Below are positions 37,355 through 47,591 of a stretch of DNA of 64,000 nucleotides, in pieces. Location: contig CAYYNN010000001.1 of NCBI GenBank assembly GCA_964473175.1, positions 100,603 to 164,602 of the forward strand. Direction: 5' to 3'. Source of the DNA: an uncultured Candidatus Saccharibacteria bacterium (lineage in GTDB: Bacteria > Patescibacteriota > Minisyncoccia > Phycocordibacterales > UBA9973). The stretch's first letter is position 1. The number at the start of each line of letters is the position of its first letter. Under the pieces are notes generated by a model. The model was not told the DNA's origin and did no database searches. It saw nothing but the letters and a program-made list of their open reading frames with translations. The position numbers and the translations under genes are program-made.

Positions 37355-37591
37355 TTAGACCATGCCCAGGAGTTTCCTGATATGAGACTCCTGAAATCCT
37401 ACTGACACGTCGTCTCCTACTCGAATAACTGGTACACCGAGTTGTCCAGTGAGTTCCATCATTTCACTTCGTTTTGCAGCATCTGCCGCCACATCATACT
37501 CAGTATATGCAATATTATGTGCCTTGAAAAAGTCCTTTGCAAGATGGCAATAGTGACAAACAGGGGTGCTGTATATGGTGATTGGTTTCAT
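37355..37591 (-). CDS. Glutaredoxin / NrdH-like redoxin
   Basis: CHYC active site, GVPVI, VGF. Confidence 0.92.
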   Translation of the reverse strand: MKPITIYSTPVCHYCHLAKDFFKAHNIAYTEYDVAADAAKRSEMMELTGQLGVPVIRVGDDVSVGFQESHIRKLLGMV

Positions 37592-37627
37592 ATAACTGAG
37601 TATATCACACCGCTATAGATCACGCAG

Positions 37628-38020
37628 TTAGTCTTTTTTGAACCCCACTCCAGCCAAAATCGCATTCCACCACCGGTGCACCCTGGAAACAGGCTGTATT
37701 GGTACTGTCGGTTCTGTATCAGCAACAACAATGACACCTTCTCCTGGTTTGATAACATTGTATTTCTGACGAAGTATTTGTTCTGTCCCAGCAGGAGTAG
37801 CAACATAGTCGTTCATTTTTTTGAGCGTAGCTTCTTTTGCTTGGAGTGTTTGTTTTTCTTGCGTGAGTTCATCAATATGATTTCGACTGGTCATATACTT
37901 TCCAATAACACTTACCACTGATGTCATGAGTAGGAACACGACAATCAACGCTACGAGTGCTCCCAAAAGGCTTTTTGGGGAAATGGATTGTTTCTTGTGT
38001 GTAAATTGCGTTTTTGCCAT
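37628..38020 (-). CDS. Septum formation initiator (FtsB/DivIC family)
   Basis: TM helix, coiled coil, EQILRQKYNVIKPGEGVI. Confidence 0.8.
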   Translation of the reverse strand: MAKTQFTHKKQSISPKSLLGALVALIVVFLLMTSVVSVIGKYMTSRNHIDELTQEKQTLQAKEATLKKMNDYVATPAGTEQILRQKYNVIKPGEGVIVVADTEPTVPIQPVSRVHRWWNAILAGVGFKKD

Positions 38021-38039
38021 GGTTTGGTACGATACGTTA

Positions 38040-38147
38040 ATGCTATTCAATCATAACAGAAAAAAGGCTGGAATATTTCTAAAGGTGTTCGGAGTACTCG
38101 TTATTGCTAGTATGCTCCTCTTCATGATCGCGCCGATTATGAAGTAG
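38040..38147 (+). CDS. 35-aa single-pass membrane peptide
   Basis: MLFNHNRKKAGIFLKVFGVLVIASMLLFMIAPIMK; TGGTACGAT 6 nt upstream of ATG. Confidence 0.6.
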   Translation: MLFNHNRKKAGIFLKVFGVLVIASMLLFMIAPIMK

Positions 38148-39941
38148 TTATTCTTGCTTCATTACCTTTATAAAGACATCGTGCGGTATATTTACCGTTG
38201 CATGTTCTCGCATCTTTTTCTTTCCTTTCTTTTGTTTATCCAGAAGTTTATTTTTACGGGATACATCTCCCCCGTACAAATGCCCCGTCACATCTTTTCG
38301 AAATGCTTTCATCGTGCGACTCGCGATGATACGACCGAACGCCTTTGCTTGAATCTTCATCACTACTTGTTGTCGTGGCATCAACTTTTCAAGCTTATCA
38401 ACAAACTCAATTGCGTCTTCTTCTACACGGCGACGAGAAATAATCCGTGTGAATGCTGGCTGCACTTCATCCCCAATAATCATATCCATACGCGTCACAT
38501 CAGCTTGGCGTGTTTCAACTATTTCGTATGACACTGAACCGTATCCGCTCGTGAGACTTTTTAATTCATCAAAAAAGTTTCGCATCATCTCTCGTAGTGG
38601 CAATAGTGCGATGACAGTTGATCGGTCGTGTGCAAAATTTGCAACGTCTATTACTTCTGCCTCATGTTCATAGAGAAATGGCATCAGTATGCCAACTTGT
38701 TCAAGTGGAACGATAACCGCAGCGCGTACCCATGGCTCCTGTACTGCATCTATAGTTCCATCATCAGGAAATAAATGTGGAGAATACACAGTCACTGTTT
38801 TACCACCACGAACAGTGACCATATATGTCGTTGATGGCATTGTGACGATAAGTTCAAGATTAAATTCTCGACGAAGTCGTTCCGTGATAATTTCAAGGTG
38901 CAACATACCCAAGAACCCGCATCGATATCCTCGCCCTAATGCACCAGATACTTCTTCTTCATATGAAAATGATGAGTCAGAAAGGCGGAGTTTGCCGAGC
39001 GCAAGTTTGAGTTCATCAAACATGTCCTGACTTTCTGGATAAATAGATGCCCACACGACAGGTCTCGGTTGCTCATACCCACCAAGAGCAGGCAGCGGAT
39101 TTTTGAAACTCGTAATTGTATCTCCCACAGCCGCAATACCTGGTTGCTTGATTCCGGTCACAATATATCCAATACTTCCAGCGCCGAGTGATTCAGTTGC
39201 CGTAGCTTCTGGGGTAAATACTCCAACTTCCAGTACGTTAAACTTTTGTTTTGATGCCGCAAATATTAGTTCATCTCCCTTTTTAACAATACCCTGATAT
39301 AGTCGGGTGAAAATAATAACACCTTTGTGATTTGAATATGAAAAATCAAAGATTAGTCCTTGTGGTACAGAATCTGTCGTTTCAATGACTGGTGGCGGTA
39401 TACGCTCAATAATTGCACTCAAAAGTTCAGCAACACCTTCTCCTGTACGACCAGAGACCGCCAGGACCTCACTCGTATCACATCCGAGAAGCTCTGCAAT
39501 TTCAAGCTTGATATCGTCCGGACGAGCTAGCGCACTATCTACCTTGGTAATGACAGGAATAATCACGAGTCCACTTTCTCGTGCCATTTCAAGTGTAGTG
39601 AGAGTCTGTGCCTGCACACCTTGTGTCGCATCGACAAGAAGGAGTGATCCTTCGACTGCTTTGAGCGCGCGCGATACTTCATATGAAAAGTCGATGTGGC
39701 CAGGGGTGTCAATAAGGTTTAGTAAATAATCTGCCCCGTCGTGTTTGTACTGCATTCTAACTGGCTGCATTTTGATGGTGATACCACGTTCTCGTTCGAG
39801 TTCCATACTATCGAGCACTTGATCGCGCATTTTACGCGCTTCGATAGTACCCGTGACTTCGAGCATACGATCAGCGAGTGTTGACTTGCCGTGGTCGATA
39901 TGAGCAATAATACTAAAATTGCGTATGTGTTTTGATTCCAT
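38148..39941 (-). CDS. lepA: Elongation factor 4 (LepA)
   Basis: IRNFSIIAHIDHGKSTLADR, DTPGH, GFLGMLHLEI, YGGDVSRK. Confidence 0.98.
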   Translation of the reverse strand: MESKHIRNFSIIAHIDHGKSTLADRMLEVTGTIEARKMRDQVLDSMELERERGITIKMQPVRMQYKHDGADYLLNLIDTPGHIDFSYEVSRALKAVEGSLLLVDATQGVQAQTLTTLEMARESGLVIIPVITKVDSALARPDDIKLEIAELLGCDTSEVLAVSGRTGEGVAELLSAIIERIPPPVIETTDSVPQGLIFDFSYSNHKGVIIFTRLYQGIVKKGDELIFAASKQKFNVLEVGVFTPEATATESLGAGSIGYIVTGIKQPGIAAVGDTITSFKNPLPALGGYEQPRPVVWASIYPESQDMFDELKLALGKLRLSDSSFSYEEEVSGALGRGYRCGFLGMLHLEIITERLRREFNLELIVTMPSTTYMVTVRGGKTVTVYSPHLFPDDGTIDAVQEPWVRAAVIVPLEQVGILMPFLYEHEAEVIDVANFAHDRSTVIALLPLREMMRNFFDELKSLTSGYGSVSYEIVETRQADVTRMDMIIGDEVQPAFTRIISRRRVEEDAIEFVDKLEKLMPRQQVVMKIQAKAFGRIIASRTMKAFRKDVTGHLYGGDVSRKNKLLDKQKKGKKKMREHATVNIPHDVFIKVMKQE

Positions 39942-39996
39942 AAATGTGGGCAAACTATAGCAGAAAAAGCAGTTTTTGGGAAAAATCAAATCAAAC

Positions 39997-41700
39997 CTAG
40001 AGGTCTGGCTGCTGTGGCACAACCGCAGGACGTTGCTTCCAGAACTTGGAACGAAGGGTTGCAATGAAAAGGTTAATATCTTCATTATTGAGTGCCTTAA
40101 GCACAATCGCATATACAGCAAGTCCTATCCCCCCAGCGATTACGGCTTGGATAAACACCCCGATGAACCGCGTTTGATCGACACCAGTTCCAGACAGATG
40201 GAGGGTGGCATACATTGCTGCTGCGCTAATAATACCCGCCGCAAGCATGTGAGAGATAGTGCGCATTAATACTGAATGTTCGGTATGTGTCCCATGGAGA
40301 CGCTTTGAGAAAGCCTTCCAAAGCAATAGAGCATTAATGATTTGTCCTATGGAAAATCCAAGTGGCAACATTATGACTGCGCCATTTTCAACTCCATCAA
40401 TACGCATAAGGCTGTCCATAAAATAATGGAACATAGCGACGTCTCTATATAAGAGCAAAAATCCTCCTGTTGCTACTGTGGTAACCAATAAACCTAATGC
40501 ATTAATTCGGAGCGGTATTTTTGTTTCACCTATAGCGTAGAATGCTCGCACCATAAGTAACACAATACATTGCGCAACGATAGATAAAGAAAAGAGTCCT
40601 ACGGCTGCCGCGACAAGTCGTGTATCGTTCCATGAAAATGCACCGGCACCGAGAAGCACTCGCACTAAATGCGCACGTAAGACAATAAACGTTAGTGATG
40701 CGGGTATCGCAAGAAAACATATATTACGAATTGCACTTTCAAGTACCCGTAGCAATTCTTTTTTATTACCTTCAGAAAAAAGTCTACTCATGGTTGGAAA
40801 TGCTGCGACCGCATAAGAAATACCAATAATGAGCAATGGCGTGTTTTCAATATTATATGAAAGCTGAAATATAGATATAGACCCAACAGCAAGTAGCGAT
40901 GCGATCGCACCCATAGCAATAAACGTAAGGTTTGTTAATGAGCTCCCCAATGTCCGTGGCAAGGAAAGCGACATGACTCGTTTGATAATACTCCAATCGA
41001 TAGTGCTCGTAAGCCTCGGAATTTTCCCCAAGGATACCACTGTTGGAATTTGTACCAAGAAGTACATAAGTGCTCCAAGCACTACTCCGATCACAACTCC
41101 CATCATTCCCCACCACTGACGAAATACAATAACTCCAACCAAAATACCGACATTATAAAAAAGTGGCGCTATCGCAAATGAAAAGAATTTTTTCTGTACC
41201 TGCGCAAAAGATGAAAGAAGACTTGATAGACCAAAGAAAAATGGTGACAATAACATAATACGAGAATACATCACCAATGTTTCTCTTGCTGCGGCATCAA
41301 ATCCTGGCGCAGTAATATGCGTCAACCACGGCATGAGTGCATATACTATTATCGATAGTATGATCATTCCGAGAGAAAATACCGTGAATACTGTGTTAAG
41401 GAAATGTTTAAGCGCAGATGACTTACCGGTAGATTTTTCTTCTTCTAAGTACTGTGTAATAAAAGGAATCAACACGGTGAGAGAAAATAATATTCCCACT
41501 GAGTTATACAGAAAGTCAGGGATACGAAATGCTGCATAATAAATATCTAGTGATGCTGAAGGACCTACTGTTGAAGCCAATAGTCTATCGCGAAGAAGGC
41601 CGAACAATTGTGACGCCAACGAAAACACTGCCAGCACGAGTGCCGCAGCATTCATGGTGCTGACATCTTTATTAAGAAATTTGAAGAATCGAGGAACCAT
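39997..41700 (-). CDS. murJ: Lipid II flippase MurJ
   Basis: GLLRDRLLA, AAFRIPD, RAFYA; many TM helices. Confidence 0.92.
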   Translation of the reverse strand: MVPRFFKFLNKDVSTMNAAALVLAVFSLASQLFGLLRDRLLASTVGPSASLDIYYAAFRIPDFLYNSVGILFSLTVLIPFITQYLEEEKSTGKSSALKHFLNTVFTVFSLGMIILSIIVYALMPWLTHITAPGFDAAARETLVMYSRIMLLSPFFFGLSSLLSSFAQVQKKFFSFAIAPLFYNVGILVGVIVFRQWWGMMGVVIGVVLGALMYFLVQIPTVVSLGKIPRLTSTIDWSIIKRVMSLSLPRTLGSSLTNLTFIAMGAIASLLAVGSISIFQLSYNIENTPLLIIGISYAVAAFPTMSRLFSEGNKKELLRVLESAIRNICFLAIPASLTFIVLRAHLVRVLLGAGAFSWNDTRLVAAAVGLFSLSIVAQCIVLLMVRAFYAIGETKIPLRINALGLLVTTVATGGFLLLYRDVAMFHYFMDSLMRIDGVENGAVIMLPLGFSIGQIINALLLWKAFSKRLHGTHTEHSVLMRTISHMLAAGIISAAAMYATLHLSGTGVDQTRFIGVFIQAVIAGGIGLAVYAIVLKALNNEDINLFIATLRSKFWKQRPAVVPQQPDL

Positions 41701-41702
41701 TA

Positions 41703-44015
41703 TTATTTTTTAATTGGTTTTGTTTCCACAGTAGATGGAGTTTCGACACCTTCGAGCTGTGCTCGCTTTTCTGCAATACCACCAATATTTGGGAAAGAGG
41801 TTGCAAATGTATCAAGCGCAGCAAGTGCTTGTTCTTTTTGGTTGGACGCAGAAAGTGCATCAATAATACCGAGCAGCGCATTAGGATTATTGGGGTTAAT
41901 TTTCTCTGCTTTTGTATACGCATCAAGCGCAAGGTCGTATTGTTTTGCAGCAGCAAATGCTTGTCCAATCAATACATATCCTTGTTCATCATATGGCGCA
42001 ACAGAAATGTATGTACGTAGTTCATCGATAATAGCATTTGTGTCGCCTGCTGCTCTATGTATCTGTGCTCGTAATACATATGCATCCAAATAATCAGCCT
42101 TAAGTGCGAGTGATTGTGCAATATAATCTTTTGCTCCAGCAGTATCATTTTTGAGTAGTGCGACCTTTGCTTCATTAAATGTATACAGCGGGTTATACGG
42201 ACTTCGTGCCATTGCTTCATCTGCGGCACTTTTTGCTGCAGTATATGCATCAGGTGCATCTTTGGATGCAACGAGTTGATATACCTGACTTAACGCAAGC
42301 CAGTTACTTGCATCAGTATTATCCCAGGCAACAGCTGCTCGAGCATTTTGTTCTGCCTGACTAAAGTTTGATTGCAAGGCAGTTTTATCAGCATTTTCTG
42401 TACGCGCAAGTGTGGTGAACTGCTGGACATATACTGCAGATCGCGTTCGGAAATAGATATCATTTTGAGACAATGCAATAGCGTGATTGAGTCGAGTAAT
42501 ACCTGTAGGAAAATCAGCGGCAGTCAAAGCGCGGTTGTACGCCACAAGACTAGCAAATCGGTTTGCACTAAAGTATGTTGCAGCAAATCCTGCCATACTT
42601 GCAATAACAAGAAGAAGGATTGCAAAAAAACTTGTTCGAGGATCTTTGAGATAGTGTACCGATACAATAGGTATTCGACCTACTACTGATGATACTCCAA
42701 GAAGAAGTCCAAGGTATAAAAATCCCCATATAACCAAGACCATTCCAGGAGATGATAATAGAAATAAAACAACAAATGCTACAAACATTATCAATGACGA
42801 TACTGCAATAAATCGGCTAAATCGATCAGGAAAAGAATGATTGAATAATTTAAATCCAAGCATAAGTGACCAAACAATCACCACGAGAAGTGCGAGACTT
42901 ACCAATACACCATTAGTCGCCAGTGTCGTCAGGCCAGTACTATAGCCACTTTCAAATGTTGTATTCCAAAATTGTGTTTGATTAATAGCAGCGGGATGAT
43001 ATGCATTCCATGCTACACCAAATCTACCAGCACCATTCCCTAAAACAGGATCTCTATAAAGTGCAGAACGCACTACATGCATCGTTGTACTGATAGATGG
43101 TCGTATATCAGTAAAGTTCACTCCGATACGTCCTGCAATACTGACACCAACAGAACCAGAACTAAGGAAGAAGAAAAGACTTATGAGCAGTGTTGCAAAT
43201 GATACTACTGGGAAACGAGAATCTTCTCCTGGGGCATTTTCTACTGTTTGCTGTGGGAAGAATTTAGCTACCGATCGTTCTACTGATGATTTGTAGACAA
43301 ATACTAAAAGGGCGGAGATCATTGTTATAAGCCATGCTGCCTTGAAATTGAGACAGATCAAAACAACAATAGACACTATCATTGCACCCAATGAAAGCCA
43401 TTTGAAAAACCCTTTTGGCTTTAGTACTTCAAACATTAAGAGTGCGAGTAAAAGTGTGAATGTTACAAAATATGCAAAATCTACCCAACTTCCTATTAAC
43501 GTTCCCTGTGTAGCAATATGGCTAAAATATTTTGTGACAAATGCAGTATTTTTTGAAACAAATAGGAGTACTTGTAAGAGCACTGTTGCAACGGAACCAG
43601 TAAATGCTGCAAGGAATAGTGTCACGAGTCGTTTTTGATCTCTTGCATATGTTGCAACGAGAAACGTAAACATCCCCAACACGAGTACTGTGGCAAATGA
43701 ATCTAATGCAAACCCTCTCCCCCAAAGAGATACCGTTCTATTCGCAGAAAAAAGCGCACTTATAAATGCGAGTGCAATCCATACCAGTATCATCGTAAAT
43801 ATTTTGTGCTTTGGAATACGAATAGATCCCCCGACGAATTGGGCGAGTAGCCAAAACGATGAAGCAAGAAATACACCGATGTACAACATAAGCCCTTTTA
43901 TAGAGGTCGTACTGCCTCCTGTGCTTGTGAGAAACGCTACAGGTATAAGCGCACAGATACCGACGATAATGCGAAACGAGAGGGTGCTGAAACGCTTAAT
44001 AAGTGTCTGATACAT
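41703..44015 (-). CDS. Polytopic membrane protein (O-antigen-ligase-like) with C-terminal TPR repeats
   Basis: About 12 TM helices, PVLGNGAGRF loop, TPR-like helices at C-terminus. Confidence 0.7.
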   Translation of the reverse strand: MYQTLIKRFSTLSFRIIVGICALIPVAFLTSTGGSTTSIKGLMLYIGVFLASSFWLLAQFVGGSIRIPKHKIFTMILVWIALAFISALFSANRTVSLWGRGFALDSFATVLVLGMFTFLVATYARDQKRLVTLFLAAFTGSVATVLLQVLLFVSKNTAFVTKYFSHIATQGTLIGSWVDFAYFVTFTLLLALLMFEVLKPKGFFKWLSLGAMIVSIVVLICLNFKAAWLITMISALLVFVYKSSVERSVAKFFPQQTVENAPGEDSRFPVVSFATLLISLFFFLSSGSVGVSIAGRIGVNFTDIRPSISTTMHVVRSALYRDPVLGNGAGRFGVAWNAYHPAAINQTQFWNTTFESGYSTGLTTLATNGVLVSLALLVVIVWSLMLGFKLFNHSFPDRFSRFIAVSSLIMFVAFVVLFLLSSPGMVLVIWGFLYLGLLLGVSSVVGRIPIVSVHYLKDPRTSFFAILLLVIASMAGFAATYFSANRFASLVAYNRALTAADFPTGITRLNHAIALSQNDIYFRTRSAVYVQQFTTLARTENADKTALQSNFSQAEQNARAAVAWDNTDASNWLALSQVYQLVASKDAPDAYTAAKSAADEAMARSPYNPLYTFNEAKVALLKNDTAGAKDYIAQSLALKADYLDAYVLRAQIHRAAGDTNAIIDELRTYISVAPYDEQGYVLIGQAFAAAKQYDLALDAYTKAEKINPNNPNALLGIIDALSASNQKEQALAALDTFATSFPNIGGIAEKRAQLEGVETPSTVETKPIKK

Positions 44016-44052
44016 ATCAGTATATCATAGCGCATATTTGATACCTTTCAAA

Positions 44053-46377
44053 TTACTCCGTAACAATGTTTACAATTCGTCCTGGAACAACGATAACCTT
44101 CAGTACGTTTTTTCCATCCAATAATTCTATTATTCGCGGAAGTGCGAGTGCAGCATGCTGTAGTTGTTCTTTGGTTGAATCTGTCGCGATAGTGATGTCA
44201 GCACGAAGCTTACCGTTTACTTGTACTCCAATAGTTCGAGTTTCATCGATGAGCATTGTCGGGTTCCACACAGGCCATTGTGCTGTATGAATACTTGGTT
44301 TGGGTGAACCATAGTGAGCATCAGGGCGCGTATCAGGAATAGTGTTCCATAACTCTTCTGTCATGTGGGGCGCAAACGGGGCAAGGAGCGTGAGTAACAC
44401 TTTATATTCTGCTTCCAATAATGCTGGAGCTTTCTCCCATTCGTTAACCAATATCATCATCGCTGAAATAGCTGTATTGAATTTATATTCTTCAATATCA
44501 TCGGTCATTTTCTTGATAGTTTTGTGTAGCTGCGCAGTTATAACACCCTCACCAATTTTGTCTTTGAGTTTCCATACACGCTCCAAGAATCTGCGCACAC
44601 CCACGACTCCATTCGGGTCCCATGGATAGTTTGCCGTAACTCCAAATGGACCCATAAATGCCAAATACATTCGGACGGTGTCTGCGCCCAACCGCTCTAC
44701 CAGTTCGTCGGGGTTTATAGCCTTGCCGTCGCGCTTAGACATTTTATTGCCATCTGAACCTACGATAAGTCCCCGGTTTCGACGTTTTTTATATGGTTCA
44801 TTTTCTTGAACAATTCCGAGTTGGTGCAAGGCCTTAGTCCAAAATCGCGAATATAATACGTGCATTGTCGTATGTTCTGCCCCTCCCATATATAGATCTA
44901 CTGGCATCCATGCATTACGTTTATCAAGCGTTGCAAAATTAAATTCATTTTTATTATCCAAATATCTATAGAAATACCATGTTGAATCAACAAACGCATC
45001 CATTGTTTCTACTTCTGGTTTCCACCCGGGACCAAATAGTTTCTCTGTTCTTTCTCTGAGCTCCTTACTTCGAGCGAGTGGTGCAGTGCCGTCTGGTGTA
45101 TGATCGACATCAGTTGGAAGTACCCACGGCAGATATTTTTCTGGGACAGGATGTGCGTTACCTTGTGGGTCATACACAATAGGAATAGGTGTCCCCCAGT
45201 ATCGTTGACGGCTGATCCCCCAATCTCGCAACCGATACGTCTTGGTCAACTTGCCACCGACTTTTTTTGTAATTTCAATTTTATCAACAAGCGGCTGATC
45301 GATACTACGAATGTTGTGTATTGTCGCAAATTCTCTATCACGTTCGTCGTGCATTGGTACTGCCATCACCGCCCCAGTGCCGTAGCCCGCAAGAACATAG
45401 TCAGCAACATAAACAGGTACTTCTTCATTGTTGGCAGGATTTACCGCGAGTACTCCATCGAGCATGACGCCTGTTTTTTCTTTGGATTGCTGACGGTCAA
45501 GTTCAGATTTCTTTTTAGCACTGTCAATATATGCCGTAACAGCTTCTACGTTTTTTGCTTGCTCAAGTACTACTTTTACCAAAGGGTGTTCTGGTGCAAG
45601 GACAACATATGTAACACCAAGTATCGTGTCAGCACGTGTCGTAAATATCTTTATCTTTTTATCAGAATCCACAATGCGGAAATCTATTTCACTTCCCTCA
45701 CTACGAGAAATCCAGTTACGTTGTGATTCTTTGATAGCATGAGGCCAATCAAGATCATTGAGATCATCCACCAGTGCATCCGCAAATTTAGTAATCCGAA
45801 GCATCCACTGTGGCTGTTCACGTTGAACAACATCTGTTCCGCATCGCTCGCATTTTCCATCAACGACTTGTTCATTTGCGAGTATTGTCTGATCATTAGG
45901 GCACCAGTTCACTGTGGTAACATCGCGATACACAAGATCGTGTGCCAAGAACTGAGTGAACATCCATTGTGTCCATTTGTAGTATGCAGGATCACAAGTG
46001 ACTACCTCACGAGACCAATCAAACATTGCGCCCATACTCCGCAACTGAACACGCATACGGTCCATTTGTTCATATGTCCACACTTTCGGATCGGCACCCA
46101 GCTTGATCGCGGCGTTTTCTGCAGGCAAACCAAAGGCATCAAATCCCATAGGATAGAGTACATTATAGCCTTGCATTCTTTTGTATCGAGCAAATATATC
46201 AGGTACTGCAAATGCGTACCAATGCCCCGTATGCAGATTGCCTGATGGATAGCTAAACTCTACGAGACTATAGAAGTTTTCTTTCCCTACTACTGTATCA
46301 GTTACCGTATACAGTCCAGTATCATGCCACTCTTTCTGCCATTTCTTTTCAATATCAAGATGGTTATAGGGATTCAT
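44053..46377 (-). CDS. leuS: Leucine-tRNA ligase
   Basis: YPSGNLHTGH, GFDAFGLPAENAA, ISRQRYWGTPIP, KMSKR; start MNPY at 46377. Confidence 0.98.
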   Translation of the reverse strand: MNPYNHLDIEKKWQKEWHDTGLYTVTDTVVGKENFYSLVEFSYPSGNLHTGHWYAFAVPDIFARYKRMQGYNVLYPMGFDAFGLPAENAAIKLGADPKVWTYEQMDRMRVQLRSMGAMFDWSREVVTCDPAYYKWTQWMFTQFLAHDLVYRDVTTVNWCPNDQTILANEQVVDGKCERCGTDVVQREQPQWMLRITKFADALVDDLNDLDWPHAIKESQRNWISRSEGSEIDFRIVDSDKKIKIFTTRADTILGVTYVVLAPEHPLVKVVLEQAKNVEAVTAYIDSAKKKSELDRQQSKEKTGVMLDGVLAVNPANNEEVPVYVADYVLAGYGTGAVMAVPMHDERDREFATIHNIRSIDQPLVDKIEITKKVGGKLTKTYRLRDWGISRQRYWGTPIPIVYDPQGNAHPVPEKYLPWVLPTDVDHTPDGTAPLARSKELRERTEKLFGPGWKPEVETMDAFVDSTWYFYRYLDNKNEFNFATLDKRNAWMPVDLYMGGAEHTTMHVLYSRFWTKALHQLGIVQENEPYKKRRNRGLIVGSDGNKMSKRDGKAINPDELVERLGADTVRMYLAFMGPFGVTANYPWDPNGVVGVRRFLERVWKLKDKIGEGVITAQLHKTIKKMTDDIEEYKFNTAISAMMILVNEWEKAPALLEAEYKVLLTLLAPFAPHMTEELWNTIPDTRPDAHYGSPKPSIHTAQWPVWNPTMLIDETRTIGVQVNGKLRADITIATDSTKEQLQHAALALPRIIELLDGKNVLKVIVVPGRIVNIVTE

Positions 46378-46414
46378 AGGTCTATGGATTTTTCCACAAA
46401 ACAGCGTATTTAGC

Positions 46415-46454
46415 AAATAAAAAAGCCACTCAGACTGCTGAATGACTTTTTATT
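46415..46454 (-). terminator. Terminator/attenuator hairpin upstream of leuS
   Basis: AGUCAUUCAG-CAGU-CUGAGUGGCU followed by UUUUUAUUU. Confidence 0.8.
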
Positions 46455-46460
46455 GGTTTT

Positions 46461-46505
46461 TCACCTTTTCCACCAATAGCCGAGAAAATTTGCTTGTGCG
46501 TACAT
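46461..46505 (-). CDS. Putative Trp-Trp leader peptide MYAQANFLGYWWKR
   Basis: 14-codon ORF with TGG TGG; TGGTAAATT -10 box 6 nt upstream; terminator immediately downstream. Confidence 0.6.
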   Translation of the reverse strand: MYAQANFLGYWWKR

Positions 46506-46547
46506 ACAATTAATTTACCATTAAAAATATTTTCTAGTACTAGTATA

Positions 46548-47537
46548 CTACCCCTTTACTGCTTTTGGATATGGTGGATATACATCTGGATCAATCGTTC
46601 TCATAAAACAAGTGTCTCCTGCTTGATGGTCCCAACTATCAGTAGTGTTTGTTACGTATGGGTATGACGAAACACTGGTATCCATAACTCCAGGATATGC
46701 TTGACCATTTGCGTCTGGTACCCAACCTTTTGCTAGTGGTAAATCAAATGAAGCACACAGTTGGAATTCTTTATCAGAAATTTTGGTGTAGAGATATTGT
46801 TTACCTTTCTCAAATTCTGGATCAGTAGGAACCATATAACTGGATAACGGATTGTTGAGCTGTGCAATCGTTACTGGTAACATTTCTTTTTGTTGCCAAT
46901 AATTTATCACTTGATATTGTATCGATTGCAAATCATCGATACGCTTTTGATCAATACGAAGCTTACGCTGATGTACCGGAGAGCCGATCACCGAGAAACT
47001 CCACACAATAAGTGCGAGCACTGCGATGCTCCCTGTTACCACATGCGCAACGATGAATACACGTTTTTCTTGTAACGTTCGAGTGTAGTACAGCCCTATT
47101 TTGATCGCGACGAGAAGTGTTAGGAGGACCTTGAAAATAAACCGTGTTGTTATTTCTCCAGATACAAAATACCGAACCAATACAACAAGATCAGTAATGA
47201 TCGTAATACTCACAAGGAAAAGAATTACGTATAATGCCCATCGTCGAAGTACGTCATTCCAGTGCGACAATCTTGATACCGTTGATTGCTTAGACCAAAA
47301 GTACTGAATAACAAGATATGTTGGGAAAATAATAATCAATAACGCTAAGGCGCTTCTCATTCCTTCGTAACTATAGTTTGCATATCCGTATGTATAGCTG
47401 TCTGTTAAAACATCCCGAAATACATGATTGAGTGTTTCAAATGCAAGAGTCAGAAATGCAGACACGGTAACAATAAGGGTAACAACCGTTCCGAGTGACA
47501 AAAAGAAGAAAAGTGGTGTCAGTTTTTTGTGTTCCAT
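46548..47537 (-). CDS. Conserved CPR membrane protein (DUF5671-like)
   Basis: Five TM helices, GEITTRFIFK, GSP..QRKLRIDQKRIDDL, FQLCASF. Confidence 0.7.
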   Translation of the reverse strand: MEHKKLTPLFFFLSLGTVVTLIVTVSAFLTLAFETLNHVFRDVLTDSYTYGYANYSYEGMRSALALLIIIFPTYLVIQYFWSKQSTVSRLSHWNDVLRRWALYVILFLVSITIITDLVVLVRYFVSGEITTRFIFKVLLTLLVAIKIGLYYTRTLQEKRVFIVAHVVTGSIAVLALIVWSFSVIGSPVHQRKLRIDQKRIDDLQSIQYQVINYWQQKEMLPVTIAQLNNPLSSYMVPTDPEFEKGKQYLYTKISDKEFQLCASFDLPLAKGWVPDANGQAYPGVMDTSVSSYPYVTNTTDSWDHQAGDTCFMRTIDPDVYPPYPKAVKG

Positions 47538-47591
47538 ATCAGAAGTATATACTATATACATAGCAACGATAAGAACCCACTGTCTTGATGA

